Shown: positions 49,028 through 59,801, counted from the first letter of the stretch. The stretch is 64,000 nt of DNA from Thermotogota bacterium (GCA_051748045.1 JBNJGY010000002.1:55498-119497); one strand, 5' to 3'. Program-made: numbers and translations. The notes: generated by a model not told the origin, from the sequence alone.

Positions 49028-50391
49028 CATTCAACTCTTTTATATTTCCATTTACCTTTTTTATAGAAAACAATTCCAATAAATGTTTCCATCAAGTCTC
49101 CAAATACATATGATAACCATATCCAAATAATAGGAAGTTCAAAAATGGAAATTGCTATAAAAAGACACGGTATTTGAACGGCCCATCTAGATATAATACT
49201 CGATACAAATATTGGAAAATTGTATCCAGAACCTGAAAACGCAGTTGTAATTCCAAAATAATACCCAAGAAAAACAAGTCCTATAGAACCATAAATCAAA
49301 AATTCTGTTCCATATCTTATGACTTCAACATCTTCTGTAAACAATGATAGAATATTGTCTCCAAAAAATATTACAATTATAGTAAAAATTATCATGAAAA
49401 AAGATGATACTAAAGAAGCTATTTTTGTAGTTTTTACTGACCTTTTAATCATGTTAGCTCCTAATGATTGACCTACTACTGTACTCCCTCCCATAGAAAA
49501 TCCTAATAAAGGCATAAAGGCAAATCCAAAAATTCTACCTGCAATGCCATTTGCAGCTATAGCAGAATTTCCAAAGATTGCAACAAAACTTAAAACTAAA
49601 GTATTAGAAATATTTCTTAAAAAAACTTCAATTCCATTCGGTAGGCCTATAGTAATTAACTCTTTATCAATGTGTAAGTTTAATTTAAATAAACCTTTTA
49701 AAGAGGGTTTAATTCCTCTGATACCTGAAAAGAGTATATAAAAACCTACTAAAAAAGCAATTGATTGTGAAATTATTGTTGCTATTGCAGCTCCAAAAAT
49801 TCCAAGATTAAAGCCAGGGATATTTAATAAAGGAACAGTTTCAAACATCATCAAAGGGTCTAAAATAATATTTAAAATACTAACAAAAATCATTATAAGC
49901 ATAGGTGTGTAAGAATCACCAATACATCTTAGTGCTGTATTTACAGAGTAAGAAGAAAACATAATTGGTAAAAAGAATAATCTTATGTATCCATATTCTA
50001 ACCCAAAATCTACTACCACATTGCTACCAAAAAGTCCCATTAATGGTTCTAGAAATATAGATAAAATAATTGCTGCCAAAGTAGCCATTATAAATTTAAA
50101 AGTAATTGTTTGCTCTATAGCTAATTTTGTTTCTTTAATATCTTTTCTTCCAAAAGCTTGAGATATTAATGAAATAGAACTAACCCCAATAATCTCGTTC
50201 AAAGATTCTATAACCCAAAATAAAGTTGTGAAAATAGTAACACCAGCTATTGCTTCGGAAGAAATTTTGCCTATCCAAAAAATATCAACTAAGTCATAAA
50301 CCATTTGAGCTGAAAATCCTATCATTGTTGGAACTGACATCATAATAAGATTTTTAAAAATATTACCTTTCGTTAAATCCCTTGTCATCAT
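49027..50391 (-). CDS. MATE-family transporter
   Basis: DLTKGNI, VDIFWIG, GDSYTP, NIILDP, GAAIAT; 12 TM. Confidence 0.92.
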   Translation of the reverse strand: MMTRDLTKGNIFKNLIMMSVPTMIGFSAQMVYDLVDIFWIGKISSEAIAGVTIFTTLFWVIESLNEIIGVSSISLISQAFGRKDIKETKLAIEQTITFKFIMATLAAIILSIFLEPLMGLFGSNVVVDFGLEYGYIRLFFLPIMFSSYSVNTALRCIGDSYTPMLIMIFVSILNIILDPLMMFETVPLLNIPGFNLGIFGAAIATIISQSIAFLVGFYILFSGIRGIKPSLKGLFKLNLHIDKELITIGLPNGIEVFLRNISNTLVLSFVAIFGNSAIAANGIAGRIFGFAFMPLLGFSMGGSTVVGQSLGANMIKRSVKTTKIASLVSSFFMIIFTIIVIFFGDNILSLFTEDVEVIRYGTEFLIYGSIGLVFLGYYFGITTAFSGSGYNFPIFVSSIISRWAVQIPCLFIAISIFELPIIWIWLSYVFGDLMETFIGIVFYKKGKWKYKRVE

Positions 50392-50409
50392 CCACCTCTA
50401 ACTAGATAG

Positions 50410-50841
50410 TTACCAATTTTCAATTTCATGATTAATTGTATCTCTATCATAGTTGAATTTATAAGATCTTGGAGATACTTCATCCCCAAAAAAATCCTTT
50501 TCAATAGTATCGTAAGTCCCAGCATTAAACTGATACTCAATTGTTTTACCTTTTGGCATTTCTAAAGTAATTGTCCACTCGTTAAAATTATTTTTTTTCA
50601 TTCTGTATTCTTCATCTCCTGGGACCCAATCATTAAAATCTCCCATAACATAAATAGCACTTGAAGATATTTCAGGGTAATCACTAACTACAAAGGTAAC
50701 TGAATAAATAATATCACTTTCACCATTCTCTTCATTGTTTGAAGGGAGATCAACAGTGTTATTGTTCCCTTCCAATGCTGAACAAGATACAAATAATAGA
50801 CTTGTGATAATCAAAAAAATTAAAAAAAAGGATTTTTTCAC
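50410..50841 (-). CDS. Lipoprotein with starch/glycogen-binding (CBM20/48-like) domain
   Basis: Lipobox LFVSC; IYVMGDFNDW, W, IEYQF. Confidence 0.8.
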   Translation of the reverse strand: MKKSFFLIFLIITSLLFVSCSALEGNNNTVDLPSNNEENGESDIIYSVTFVVSDYPEISSSAIYVMGDFNDWVPGDEEYRMKKNNFNEWTITLEMPKGKTIEYQFNAGTYDTIEKDFFGDEVSPRSYKFNYDRDTINHEIENW

Positions 50842-50886
50842 AAAACCCACCTCCTATATAAATTAAAGCAGATAAAAAATATTTAA

Positions 50887-52212
50887 TCAAGTTAAATTTT
50901 TCATCCATTTTTCTTTTTTATATCTAATAAAAAACAACAAACCTTTTGAAGATTCAGATATTATCATTGCAACTATTATTCCATATAAACCATAAGATAA
51001 TTTCAATCCAAGAAAATATGTTAAAGGTAATTGGATACCCCAAAAACCTATAATAGTAATCAATAAATTTGCCCAGGTGTCTCCACCAGTTCTTAAAATA
51101 AATGGAAGAATTATATTAAATGTTTGAGCATAAATTAATACAATAATAAAATTAAGGCTATTCAATCCAAGTTTTAATGTAGACTCATCTATTTTGAATA
51201 ATAAAAAAATCTGATTCTTGAATACTAATACTACAACTATGAATATTGTTGTCAAAGAAATTGACATTATAATAGCATTAACAGATTTTGCTCTTGCTTC
51301 ATTAAACTTTTTCTTACCCAATTCATTTCCTAAGATTCCTACTGAAGCAGCTGCAATTGCAGTGATTGGAGTTAAAACTATCTGTTGAAAGACTTTCATG
51401 ATTTCAAAAACAGCAACCTCTGATACGCCGATTAAAAAAACTAGACTAGTATGAACTACCATTGCAAATTGCCAAACAGCTCCATCAATGGACATTGGAA
51501 GTGAAATGTTCATTAATTTTTTAAATTTTGAAATATCAAAAGAAAAAATAAAAGGAATTTCTTTTTTCTTAAAATATATTATTAAAAAAGCTGTTATAAA
51601 AATAAATTCTGATATTCTCGCTATTAAAGTTGCATAAGCTACACCTTTTACTCCCATATCAGCGACAAAAATGAAATACCAGTCACCTAAAGCATTAATA
51701 CTAAGAGAAATAAAAGTCGCCAACATTGGGAAAATATTTTTTTTAATAGAAATAAAAAAGGATGACATATTCGATGATAAAAGACTGAATAAAAATGTAG
51801 GTATTATAATCGAGAAGTATAAATTAGCTATATTAAGCGCTTCATTTTTTATGTTCATCAAACTAAGAAAATTTTTTGAATATAAATTAAAAATAATTAT
51901 TAAACTAAAACCTATTAAAACTGAAAAAGCAATAACAGTAGAAAACATTTTTGAGAAATCTTTTTTTTTCTCAGACCCTAAATACTGTGAAGAAAGAACA
52001 GTTAGACCTGCTGAAAAAGAAAAAAAGATAGTTAGAAATAAACCAAATAATTGATTTGCCCCTCCGACTCCTGCAATGGAGTTTTCTCCTAGCTGTCCAA
52101 CAAAGATTTTATCTGCAATACCAAGAAACATTCTGAAAGAATTCTGAATGATTAGTGGAAAAGCTACTATTAATAGCTCTTTCATTCTTGTAAAAGATAA
52201 ATATTTATTCAT
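50887..52212 (-). CDS. MATE-family transporter
   Basis: DKIFVGQLG, GVKGVAYAT, LRTGGDT; 12 TM. Confidence 0.9.
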   Translation of the reverse strand: MNKYLSFTRMKELLIVAFPLIIQNSFRMFLGIADKIFVGQLGENSIAGVGGANQLFGLFLTIFFSFSAGLTVLSSQYLGSEKKKDFSKMFSTVIAFSVLIGFSLIIIFNLYSKNFLSLMNIKNEALNIANLYFSIIIPTFLFSLLSSNMSSFFISIKKNIFPMLATFISLSINALGDWYFIFVADMGVKGVAYATLIARISEFIFITAFLIIYFKKKEIPFIFSFDISKFKKLMNISLPMSIDGAVWQFAMVVHTSLVFLIGVSEVAVFEIMKVFQQIVLTPITAIAAASVGILGNELGKKKFNEARAKSVNAIIMSISLTTIFIVVVLVFKNQIFLLFKIDESTLKLGLNSLNFIIVLIYAQTFNIILPFILRTGGDTWANLLITIIGFWGIQLPLTYFLGLKLSYGLYGIIVAMIISESSKGLLFFIRYKKEKWMKNLT

Positions 52213-52220
52213 AAAATCAC

Positions 52221-53543
52221 CTAATTATAAAAAAAATATACTCCTGAACTCAAATAATCCTTCTTACTATATTTTTTATCATCAATTAAATTAATGAATT
52301 CTTTATTTATTATGTTACTAATTTTTTCTTTAACAAATAAAATATTTAGTTCATTATCATCAAAAATTTTAGAAAAATATAAAAAATTATTAGAAGAATT
52401 TAAATATTTAAATTTTCCGTGTTTCATTATATCTTCTTTTTTTCTCAAATCGATTAGTTTTTTTGTATAATTATATGTATATCTATTTTCTTCATCCCAT
52501 TCATCTTCAAATTTCATAGGGATTCTTCCGCTTTCATTAAAATATTTATAAGATTTATCACCCTTGATACAAATTTCATTTCCATATTCAAGCATGAGAT
52601 TACCATTCATAACAAAAATGGTAGAAAGAGCAATTTTGAAAGCATTAAAATCATCATTATAATCAATAAATCTGGGTAAATCGTGATTTTCTATGAAATA
52701 AGTCATTTTTGCATTATCAAAATTCAACCTATCTGATTCAATTATTGCCTTATATAATAATTTGAGATCTTGTTTTTTTGTTAAGATAGCAACCAACTTT
52801 GAATAAAAAGAAAAATCAAATAAAGATGTAAAAATGTTTTCATTTTTAAAAAATAAAAAATTTTTTATTAAGTTATGGTTTTCTTCATCATTTCCCTGAT
52901 CATCCCATATTTCTCCTAATAAAATAACATCTTTTTTTATAGTTTTCATTCTTTTGGAAAAATCAAACCAAAAAGAAGTAGGAAGCCCTAGGGCATGATC
53001 TAATCTATATCCATCTATATTAAACTTTTTTAACCAATATTCTCCAATTTTAATTAAAAACTCCTTTGTTTGAGGGTCTGATACATCCCAAAAAAGAAAT
53101 AAAGATTTCCATCTTTTTTCTTGAGGCGATTGAGGTAATTCTGTTTTTGGTTTCAGATTAAATGGAATATTTTCAAACTTATAATTTTTAGACGCATGGT
53201 TAAGTACTAAATCTAATATTACTTTTATTCCATTTTCATGAAATTTATAAATTAATTTATGTAATAAATCTTCAGATTTGTTTTTATCTTTATAGGCAAT
53301 ATTTTCAGAGATACTAAAATAATCTTTTGTATCATATGCATGTGTTGTTTCTGCATCATAAATAGGGCCTAGATAAACCAAATCAATACCTAATTCTTTC
53401 AAATAATCAATTTTCTCCAAAATACCTTGCAAGTCTCCTTCTATAGAGTGTTTTTCGTGGTGAAGATAATCTTCTTTTTTATAATCATTACCCTTGAATC
53501 CATTTTTAAAAAACTTTAAAAGAATATGATAACCGTTAAACAT
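52221..53543 (-). CDS. GH13 alpha-amylase/cyclomaltodextrinase-like glycoside hydrolase
   Basis: GDLQGI, HAYDTKDY, DLVLNH, GYRLDHA, GEIW, ENHD. Confidence 0.9.
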   Translation of the reverse strand: MFNGYHILLKFFKNGFKGNDYKKEDYLHHEKHSIEGDLQGILEKIDYLKELGIDLVYLGPIYDAETTHAYDTKDYFSISENIAYKDKNKSEDLLHKLIYKFHENGIKVILDLVLNHASKNYKFENIPFNLKPKTELPQSPQEKRWKSLFLFWDVSDPQTKEFLIKIGEYWLKKFNIDGYRLDHALGLPTSFWFDFSKRMKTIKKDVILLGEIWDDQGNDEENHNLIKNFLFFKNENIFTSLFDFSFYSKLVAILTKKQDLKLLYKAIIESDRLNFDNAKMTYFIENHDLPRFIDYNDDFNAFKIALSTIFVMNGNLMLEYGNEICIKGDKSYKYFNESGRIPMKFEDEWDEENRYTYNYTKKLIDLRKKEDIMKHGKFKYLNSSNNFLYFSKIFDDNELNILFVKEKISNIINKEFINLIDDKKYSKKDYLSSGVYFFYN

Positions 53544-53546
53544 ATA

Positions 53547-54032
53547 CTATAGCTCCTTTCTTAACCTATCTAAATACTTGTATCTAATATAATTCTGAAC
53601 GTTTTTAAAACTATATTTTAAAGTAAAAAATATAATAAAACCTATGATGTACCATATATTCTTAAAGAATAACTCTAATTCTGAACCATCAACAATCATA
53701 ACAGAATAAAGAATGTAAGTACCAAATAGTACAGGGATAATTAATAAATATGATAATAATTTGTTTTTAATAAAATTTGAAACAGTACTTGGTACTAAAA
53801 GAAGAATAAAAAAAATCCAACCAAAAGGATCGTTCAAAAAAACAATTATAACTGAAGAAGATATTATACTCATAATTGTGTATCTTTTTTCTGTCAACAT
53901 ATTTATCATCATTATTGGAATTGTCGAAAAAAAAGCTATAGCAACACCAATAAATGGTATATATAGCTGTGAACTGAATAAAATAACAGTGAGAACTGTT
54001 AAAAAAGCTGTAATTGATATTTGTCTTGTCAT
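53547..54032 (-). CDS. Hypothetical multi-pass membrane protein
   Basis: About 5 hydrophobic segments. Confidence 0.65.
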   Translation of the reverse strand: MTRQISITAFLTVLTVILFSSQLYIPFIGVAIAFFSTIPIMMINMLTEKRYTIMSIISSSVIIVFLNDPFGWIFFILLLVPSTVSNFIKNKLLSYLLIIPVLFGTYILYSVMIVDGSELELFFKNIWYIIGFIIFFTLKYSFKNVQNYIRYKYLDRLRKEL

Positions 54033-54060
54033 TTGATACCCCTTCTTTTTATGGTAAAAT
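54033..54060 (+). promoter_or_regulatory. Putative promoter of the marR operon
   Basis: TTGATA-16 bp-TAAAAT with TG extension. Confidence 0.5.
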
Positions 54061-54092
54061 AATAACGTGAATACGAAAAGGAGGAAACTAAA

Positions 54093-54533
54093 TTGAAAAA
54101 AACTTCGACGGATTTAGAAAAAACATTAAGAGATATTTGTTTCAAAATTAAAATAGAAGGAAGAAAAGTTTTGAAGAGATTTGATATTTCTTCAGCTCAA
54201 TTCGATCTTCTTCAACTATTATACTTTAAAGGTGAAAAAAAGTTAAGTGATATAAGTAAGATTTTGGGTGTAACAAAAAGTACAACTACAGGTTTAATAA
54301 AAAGATTATTAAATCAAGGTTTAATTGAAAAAAAACAATCTGATGAAGATAAAAGAGTTTTTCATGTAAAGATATCTAAAAAAGGTAGTGGCATAATAGA
54401 AGAAGTTATAGAGAGACGTGTAGGATTAATTGAAAAAATAACACAAAAAATGGGAAAAGATAAAGAGTTTGTAGAAAAACTAATAGAACTAGAAAAAACA
54501 CTCAATGAGGTGGTAGAAGGTGATGAACTATAA
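54093..54533 (+). CDS. MarR family transcriptional regulator
   Basis: AQFDLL, TKSTTTGLIKRL, DKR. Confidence 0.92.
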   Translation: MKKTSTDLEKTLRDICFKIKIEGRKVLKRFDISSAQFDLLQLLYFKGEKKLSDISKILGVTKSTTTGLIKRLLNQGLIEKKQSDEDKRVFHVKISKKGSGIIEEVIERRVGLIEKITQKMGKDKEFVEKLIELEKTLNEVVEGDEL

Positions 54534-56157
54534 AAAATCAAGTCTATTAATTTTTTTACTTATGATATTTATTGTCAGTTTTTCTGCTACAGTAAATATT
54601 AATGCTTTGAATGGATCAACAGTTTTTTTGAACGGTAGCATGAATAAAATAGTTTCTGGAAATGAAGTTCAGTTGGATTTAAATGAGGGTTCTTATACCA
54701 TAAAAGTATCAAAAAATGGTTATACTGATTATATAGAAACTATTAACATTTCAGAGGATCAAAATTATATATTAAAAGTAGAACAAAATCCTTTGAGTAG
54801 AATCAAGTTTAACAACAAAACTGATATTAAAGTTACATATGAATATCAAAACAAAACTTTTTCTGAAGAATTGAATTATAATAATGCATATATTGATGTT
54901 CCATCCTCTATTACTGAAATAGATATATTTTCTGATGGTTATCAAGATGAAACTTTAGAACTAGACTTATTACCTTTTGACGAGAAAAATATAGAATTAT
55001 CTTTGTTAAAAGATAATTATTTTATTTTAAAATCAAATCCTTCAAATGCAAATATTTATTCAGATAACAAGCTAATAGGAAAAACACCAATGGAAATTAG
55101 TGATCAAATTGCTGATTCATTAACCTTGAAAAAAGAAGGTTTTATTCCTTTAGACATTGTTTATAACGGAGAAAAAACATTAGATGTTGATTTAACTAAT
55201 GGTGTGAATCTTTCCATAGAAAGTGTTCCTTCAGGTGCTGCAATATATAATGGTGAAGATTTTATTGGTGTAACCCCATTTAATTCAACAGTTGAATCTG
55301 GGAAATATAATTTGAAAGTAACCTATTTAGGGTTTAATACAAAAGATTTAAATATTGATATAAACCATTCAACTTATAATAATTATAAGGTAATTTTAGA
55401 AAATAAAATGAAGAAAATAGAGTTATTTAATTCAGAAGATGTAGAATTGAACATAGATGGAAATTATTTAGGCTCCGATATAGATATTCTATATTTAAAT
55501 AATTCTGAACATATAATGAAGATAAAAAATTCTGATAAAGTTTATTCAATAATATTATCAAAAGATATTGGCGATCATATAGATTTTAAAAATAATACGT
55601 TCATCAATGTTATTAGTGGTGAACGAAAAACTTTTAGCATAAATTCAAAAACATATAATACACCAAAAACAATAAAACTTGACATGCTAGCCGATACTCA
55701 GTATTTCACTTTAAATACTGTTAATAAATCATATAATCTGAAATTAAAATCAGGTAATGGTTATGATATTTTCTTAGACAACTCGTCTGCTATCTTTTTT
55801 AGTTCGAATATCAAAAATGCAAATCTCTATGTAGATGGGAATTTGTTAATGGATAAAATAATAGTTCCTACTAGAAATAAATCAGTGGCTTTAAAAAGTT
55901 CTTTTGAAAATAAAACATCTAATGAGAGTGTATCTTTAAAAGAAAATGAAACTATTATTCAAAATTTCAACATAAATAGAACTTATCCTGTAAGAATAGA
56001 TAGCTCACAACCTTTTATTATAAATGATAAAAATTACACATCAACACCTTATTATGTTTATTTAAAATCAGGAGCGAATGTTGTTGAGTATAAAGGACTA
56101 AAAGTTGTATTCTTTATAGATGGACCTGAATATTTAAACTTAGATTCAATATTTTAA
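54520..56157 (+). CDS. Secreted PEGA-domain protein
   Basis: Signal peptide; repeats SNPSNANIY...IGKTP, SVPSGAAIY...IGVTP, G.Y.IKVSKNGY. Confidence 0.88.
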   Translation: MMNYKKSSLLIFLLMIFIVSFSATVNINALNGSTVFLNGSMNKIVSGNEVQLDLNEGSYTIKVSKNGYTDYIETINISEDQNYILKVEQNPLSRIKFNNKTDIKVTYEYQNKTFSEELNYNNAYIDVPSSITEIDIFSDGYQDETLELDLLPFDEKNIELSLLKDNYFILKSNPSNANIYSDNKLIGKTPMEISDQIADSLTLKKEGFIPLDIVYNGEKTLDVDLTNGVNLSIESVPSGAAIYNGEDFIGVTPFNSTVESGKYNLKVTYLGFNTKDLNIDINHSTYNNYKVILENKMKKIELFNSEDVELNIDGNYLGSDIDILYLNNSEHIMKIKNSDKVYSIILSKDIGDHIDFKNNTFINVISGERKTFSINSKTYNTPKTIKLDMLADTQYFTLNTVNKSYNLKLKSGNGYDIFLDNSSAIFFSSNIKNANLYVDGNLLMDKIIVPTRNKSVALKSSFENKTSNESVSLKENETIIQNFNINRTYPVRIDSSQPFIINDKNYTSTPYYVYLKSGANVVEYKGLKVVFFIDGPEYLNLDSIF

Positions 56158-56172
56158 CCGGGGGTGTATTTA

Positions 56173-58206
56173 ATGAAAAAAGTATTAGTCTTACTAATAA
56201 TTACTATTAATATATTAGCCTTTTCTCAAGTTAATATAGTAGATTTGAAAACATCATCACCAGCTTATCCACATGTAGTAAGAATGGTAGATAATAATAT
56301 AATGGATATAGATAATCAAAATAGATTTAATGGTGGTACAACTGTACCAAAATACGATTTGGCGATTTTTGGCTCTAAAATGTTAGACCATTTAGAAAAT
56401 AAATATGGTGAAAAAATTTTTGAATTTGAAAATCGATTAGCAAATTTTGAAAACCAAAATTTACCTTCTAGAATAGAAAATTTAGAAAATAGTTTTTTTA
56501 ATTATGATGAAGTTATAACAAAACTTAATAATAATTATACAGATTTAAATAAAAAGGTAAACGACTTGGTAGAGATTATTACTCCAGGTACAGAAATAAA
56601 TAAAGATAATGTTGCATTCAATAATATTGTAAAAAATGCTGAAAGAGTTGCTGAAGAAGCAGCAATTGATCAATTAGAAAATTTAAGGAAACAAACATTA
56701 TCTACAGTAATAGAATTTGAAAATAAATTACAAAATTTCCAAGAAGAAGTAAACAATTTAAACAGTAAATATGATAAAAGTATAGAGTATTTAAACACTA
56801 TAATAGTTTCTCGAGAAGAAGAAAGTAGAGAAGAATTGAGAAACTATGTAGATAATAAATTTTCCAATGAAATGGATGCTTTAAAAACTTCATTGAGAAA
56901 TATAGCAAATTCTGAAGTTGGTTATTTGAGAGAAGACATGCAAGATGAATTTAATGATGTTAATGGAAGGATTTCAGATATTGAAAATAATCAAGATCAA
57001 TTCAATAATAATAGAATGAATTCTCTAGAATCTATGATCAATGACCTTAAAGACAAGATAAATTATCTTGAAGATTATACAGTTCCTTCTTCTCCTGTTC
57101 AAAATGAAGAAAACTTAGAATTAAACGCTAAATATCAGTATTTAAATACACAATTAGAAAGAGTTAAAAATAATATAGATTTATTAGATGATCAAGTTTC
57201 TTTTAATAAATCATATATAGATTCATTTTCTAATAGAGAAGAAATAATTAATTCAAAAATGAGTAGTTTAAATGAAAAATATAATAATTTAGAATCTGAA
57301 ATAATTTTTATTGGTAAAAAAGTAGATAATGTTCTATATCAAATGGCCAATTTAGAAACTCCAGAATTAAATAACGAAGAACTAACTAATATGAGTGAAA
57401 GAATTTCATCTTTAGAAAGATATATAAGTAATTTTTCTGATGAGATAAGCCAATTAAGTGTGTATTCAAAAGGATTTGAATCCATTAACAATGAAATTAG
57501 TACTATAGAAGACCAGCTGAATAAAAACCAAGCTCAGATGAAAAATATTGAAGACACTTTTGAAACATTCAAAGCTCAAATGAACTCTATTTCTTCAATA
57601 ACAGATTTTGATGAAGAATCATTAGAAAAACTTGGAGATTTGGGCAACATAGGTGTTAGAGTTTCTAATAATCAAGAAAAAATTGATAGTTTAAATAAAG
57701 AAGTTTTCCAAAATGAAAATGAAATAACTGTGTTGGAAAACAAATTAGGAGAATTAACTTCTTCTATTGAAAGTTTTGATATAAACTCTACTGAAATAAA
57801 TAATTTAAAGTCTGATATTGAAGAATTGTTTGATGAATATTATAGTATGAAAAATGAAATGCAAGATGACATCAATAAACAAGAATTTAAAAACGAAATA
57901 AAAAATGAACTTCGGTCAGAGGTTTCTAATGAGCTAATAGCAAGAGATAGAAGGATTAACAACTTAGAAAATCAATTAAATCAAATTAAACAAAATGAAG
58001 GAAATACAAGTGATACTTCAGAAACAAGCTATTCAGATTCTGGTCTTTCAAGAAGTAATGCTGATAAAATTCAGGATTTAAACAATAAGATAGAAGAACT
58101 AGAAAAACCAGAACAATTTAAATTATGGTCAACAATAACAACTGGTTTAATAGGAGTTGGGGTTGGAGCCTTTATAACTTGGTTTGTATTATCAAGCGGT
58201 ATTTAG
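56173..58206 (+). CDS. Omp-alpha-like protein: SLH-like domain, long coiled coil, C-terminal hydrophobic anchor
   Basis: Signal peptide; DLKTSSPAYPHV...FNGGTTVPKYDLA; ~550 aa of heptads; GLIGVGVGAFITWFVL tail. Confidence 0.8.
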   Translation: MKKVLVLLIITINILAFSQVNIVDLKTSSPAYPHVVRMVDNNIMDIDNQNRFNGGTTVPKYDLAIFGSKMLDHLENKYGEKIFEFENRLANFENQNLPSRIENLENSFFNYDEVITKLNNNYTDLNKKVNDLVEIITPGTEINKDNVAFNNIVKNAERVAEEAAIDQLENLRKQTLSTVIEFENKLQNFQEEVNNLNSKYDKSIEYLNTIIVSREEESREELRNYVDNKFSNEMDALKTSLRNIANSEVGYLREDMQDEFNDVNGRISDIENNQDQFNNNRMNSLESMINDLKDKINYLEDYTVPSSPVQNEENLELNAKYQYLNTQLERVKNNIDLLDDQVSFNKSYIDSFSNREEIINSKMSSLNEKYNNLESEIIFIGKKVDNVLYQMANLETPELNNEELTNMSERISSLERYISNFSDEISQLSVYSKGFESINNEISTIEDQLNKNQAQMKNIEDTFETFKAQMNSISSITDFDEESLEKLGDLGNIGVRVSNNQEKIDSLNKEVFQNENEITVLENKLGELTSSIESFDINSTEINNLKSDIEELFDEYYSMKNEMQDDINKQEFKNEIKNELRSEVSNELIARDRRINNLENQLNQIKQNEGNTSDTSETSYSDSGLSRSNADKIQDLNNKIEELEKPEQFKLWSTITTGLIGVGVGAFITWFVLSSGI

Positions 58207-58230
58207 TAATTAAAGTGAGTTGAAATAAAT

Positions 58231-59028
58231 ATGAAAAAAGCATTGGTATTAGGAAGTGGTGGAATAAGGGGAATGGCTCATGTAGCCTTCCTGGAAGTTA
58301 TGAAAGAAAAAGGTAAAAATAATTATGATATAATTACAGGTTGTTCAATAGGAGCTATGATTGGAGGGGTTTATGCATTAGATCCCTCTGTTGATTTATA
58401 TAAAATTGCAGAAGAAACAATCGAGAAAAATTTGCAAAAATTGGATAAAGTATCAAAATCTATGAATTCAAAAGCCATGAATTATAGATTTCAAAGTTTT
58501 ACAGGTCTTTTATCGAATTCTGGAGTTAACCCAAATGAACTAATATATGAAATATCCAAAGAATTATTTGGTAGTAAAAGATTTAGTGATTGTAAAATAC
58601 CTTTTGGTGTTTTAAGCTATGATGTAGAGAGTTGTAAAAATATCGAAATAGACGAAGGGTTTTTAACGGACTCTATTATGGCTTCTGCAAATGTTCCTGG
58701 TGCTTTTGACCCTGTAAGGCTTGGTGGAATGAAATTAGTCGATGGAGGAGTTTTATCATCGCTACCTATTAATTTAGCAATAAAAATGGGGGGAGAATAT
58801 ATCATAACAAATGATATTTCACCTTTAATAAAAAAAGAAGATTTTGAAAATGGTATGGAATATATGAATTATATAGATCTTTTCAAAATAAATAAAATTA
58901 ATAAGATTGAAAAACAAAAATCAGATGAGAACTACAAGTTTAATATTGAAGTACCTTGGGATAATTTTGATTCTTATAAAGATATTTATAAAAAAGCTAA
59001 AGATTATTATGGAAGTGAAATTAAATGA
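58231..59028 (+). CDS. Patatin-like phospholipase
   Basis: GSGGIRG oxyanion loop, GCSIG nucleophile, DGG. Confidence 0.92.
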   Translation: MKKALVLGSGGIRGMAHVAFLEVMKEKGKNNYDIITGCSIGAMIGGVYALDPSVDLYKIAEETIEKNLQKLDKVSKSMNSKAMNYRFQSFTGLLSNSGVNPNELIYEISKELFGSKRFSDCKIPFGVLSYDVESCKNIEIDEGFLTDSIMASANVPGAFDPVRLGGMKLVDGGVLSSLPINLAIKMGGEYIITNDISPLIKKEDFENGMEYMNYIDLFKINKINKIEKQKSDENYKFNIEVPWDNFDSYKDIYKKAKDYYGSEIK

Positions 59029-59801
59029 AAATACATATAGGAGGAACATTAGAAGGTATATATTGGACTTCTGGTGTAGTAGATAATCTAATAAAAAACA
59101 ACATAGACCTAGAAATATATGCAACAGGAGCTTCTTCTTTGATTGCTGTATTCTATTCAATATATAATAAAAATTTTTTTGCTAAATTAAAAGCTTTTAT
59201 AAATGATAAAGATAATCCATTACAAAATCTTATGAATACTTCAGATATGTATAAAAACAGATATTCTCAAGCGACGACATTATTTAAAATTGGAAGAAGT
59301 AAAGATGCTCTATACAAACATGATGAATTAAGAGAATTCTTTGAAGATAATTTTAATGAGTTGAAAATTTCTGATATGGATGAAAATATAAACTTTGAAT
59401 TATTCAATGTTACAAAAGAATCACCAGAATGGGCATCAAAAGATACAAAAATTGTGGATATGCTCTTAGCACAATTTTCTTATCCTCCATTTTATAAATA
59501 TTACGTTATTAATGAGGAAAAATATATACCAACATCTTATGTATCTTTCATTCCATGGAAAAATATTGAGAATTCTATTATAATAAATTTTGACATGAAA
59601 ATTGATTATCCTGTACCAAATAACGGATTAGAAATTTTGTTAAATGCTTCTCATAATAGAACGAAAAAATTATTTACCTTGTTAACAAATAATAATACAG
59701 TTCTTCTTCCTGAGAACATATCTAAAGAACCATTTATGATTAATTGTTTTTTCAAGGGTCAAAAAGAGTCAGAAATTATATTGGAGGATAAAAATGAATA
59801 A
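59025..59801 (+). CDS. Degenerate patatin-like protein
   Basis: Colinear with the preceding gene, but ATGAS and PTS replace GxSxG and DGG. Confidence 0.6.
   Translation: MKIHIGGTLEGIYWTSGVVDNLIKNNIDLEIYATGASSLIAVFYSIYNKNFFAKLKAFINDKDNPLQNLMNTSDMYKNRYSQATTLFKIGRSKDALYKHDELREFFEDNFNELKISDMDENINFELFNVTKESPEWASKDTKIVDMLLAQFSYPPFYKYYVINEEKYIPTSYVSFIPWKNIENSIIINFDMKIDYPVPNNGLEILLNASHNRTKKLFTLLTNNNTVLLPENISKEPFMINCFFKGQKESEIILEDKNE

Noticed and set aside
58231-59028. Patatin as a CBASS (CapV) effector
   Set aside because: No CD-NTase or other CBASS genes adjacent; motifs fit an ordinary RssA/NTE-type patatin
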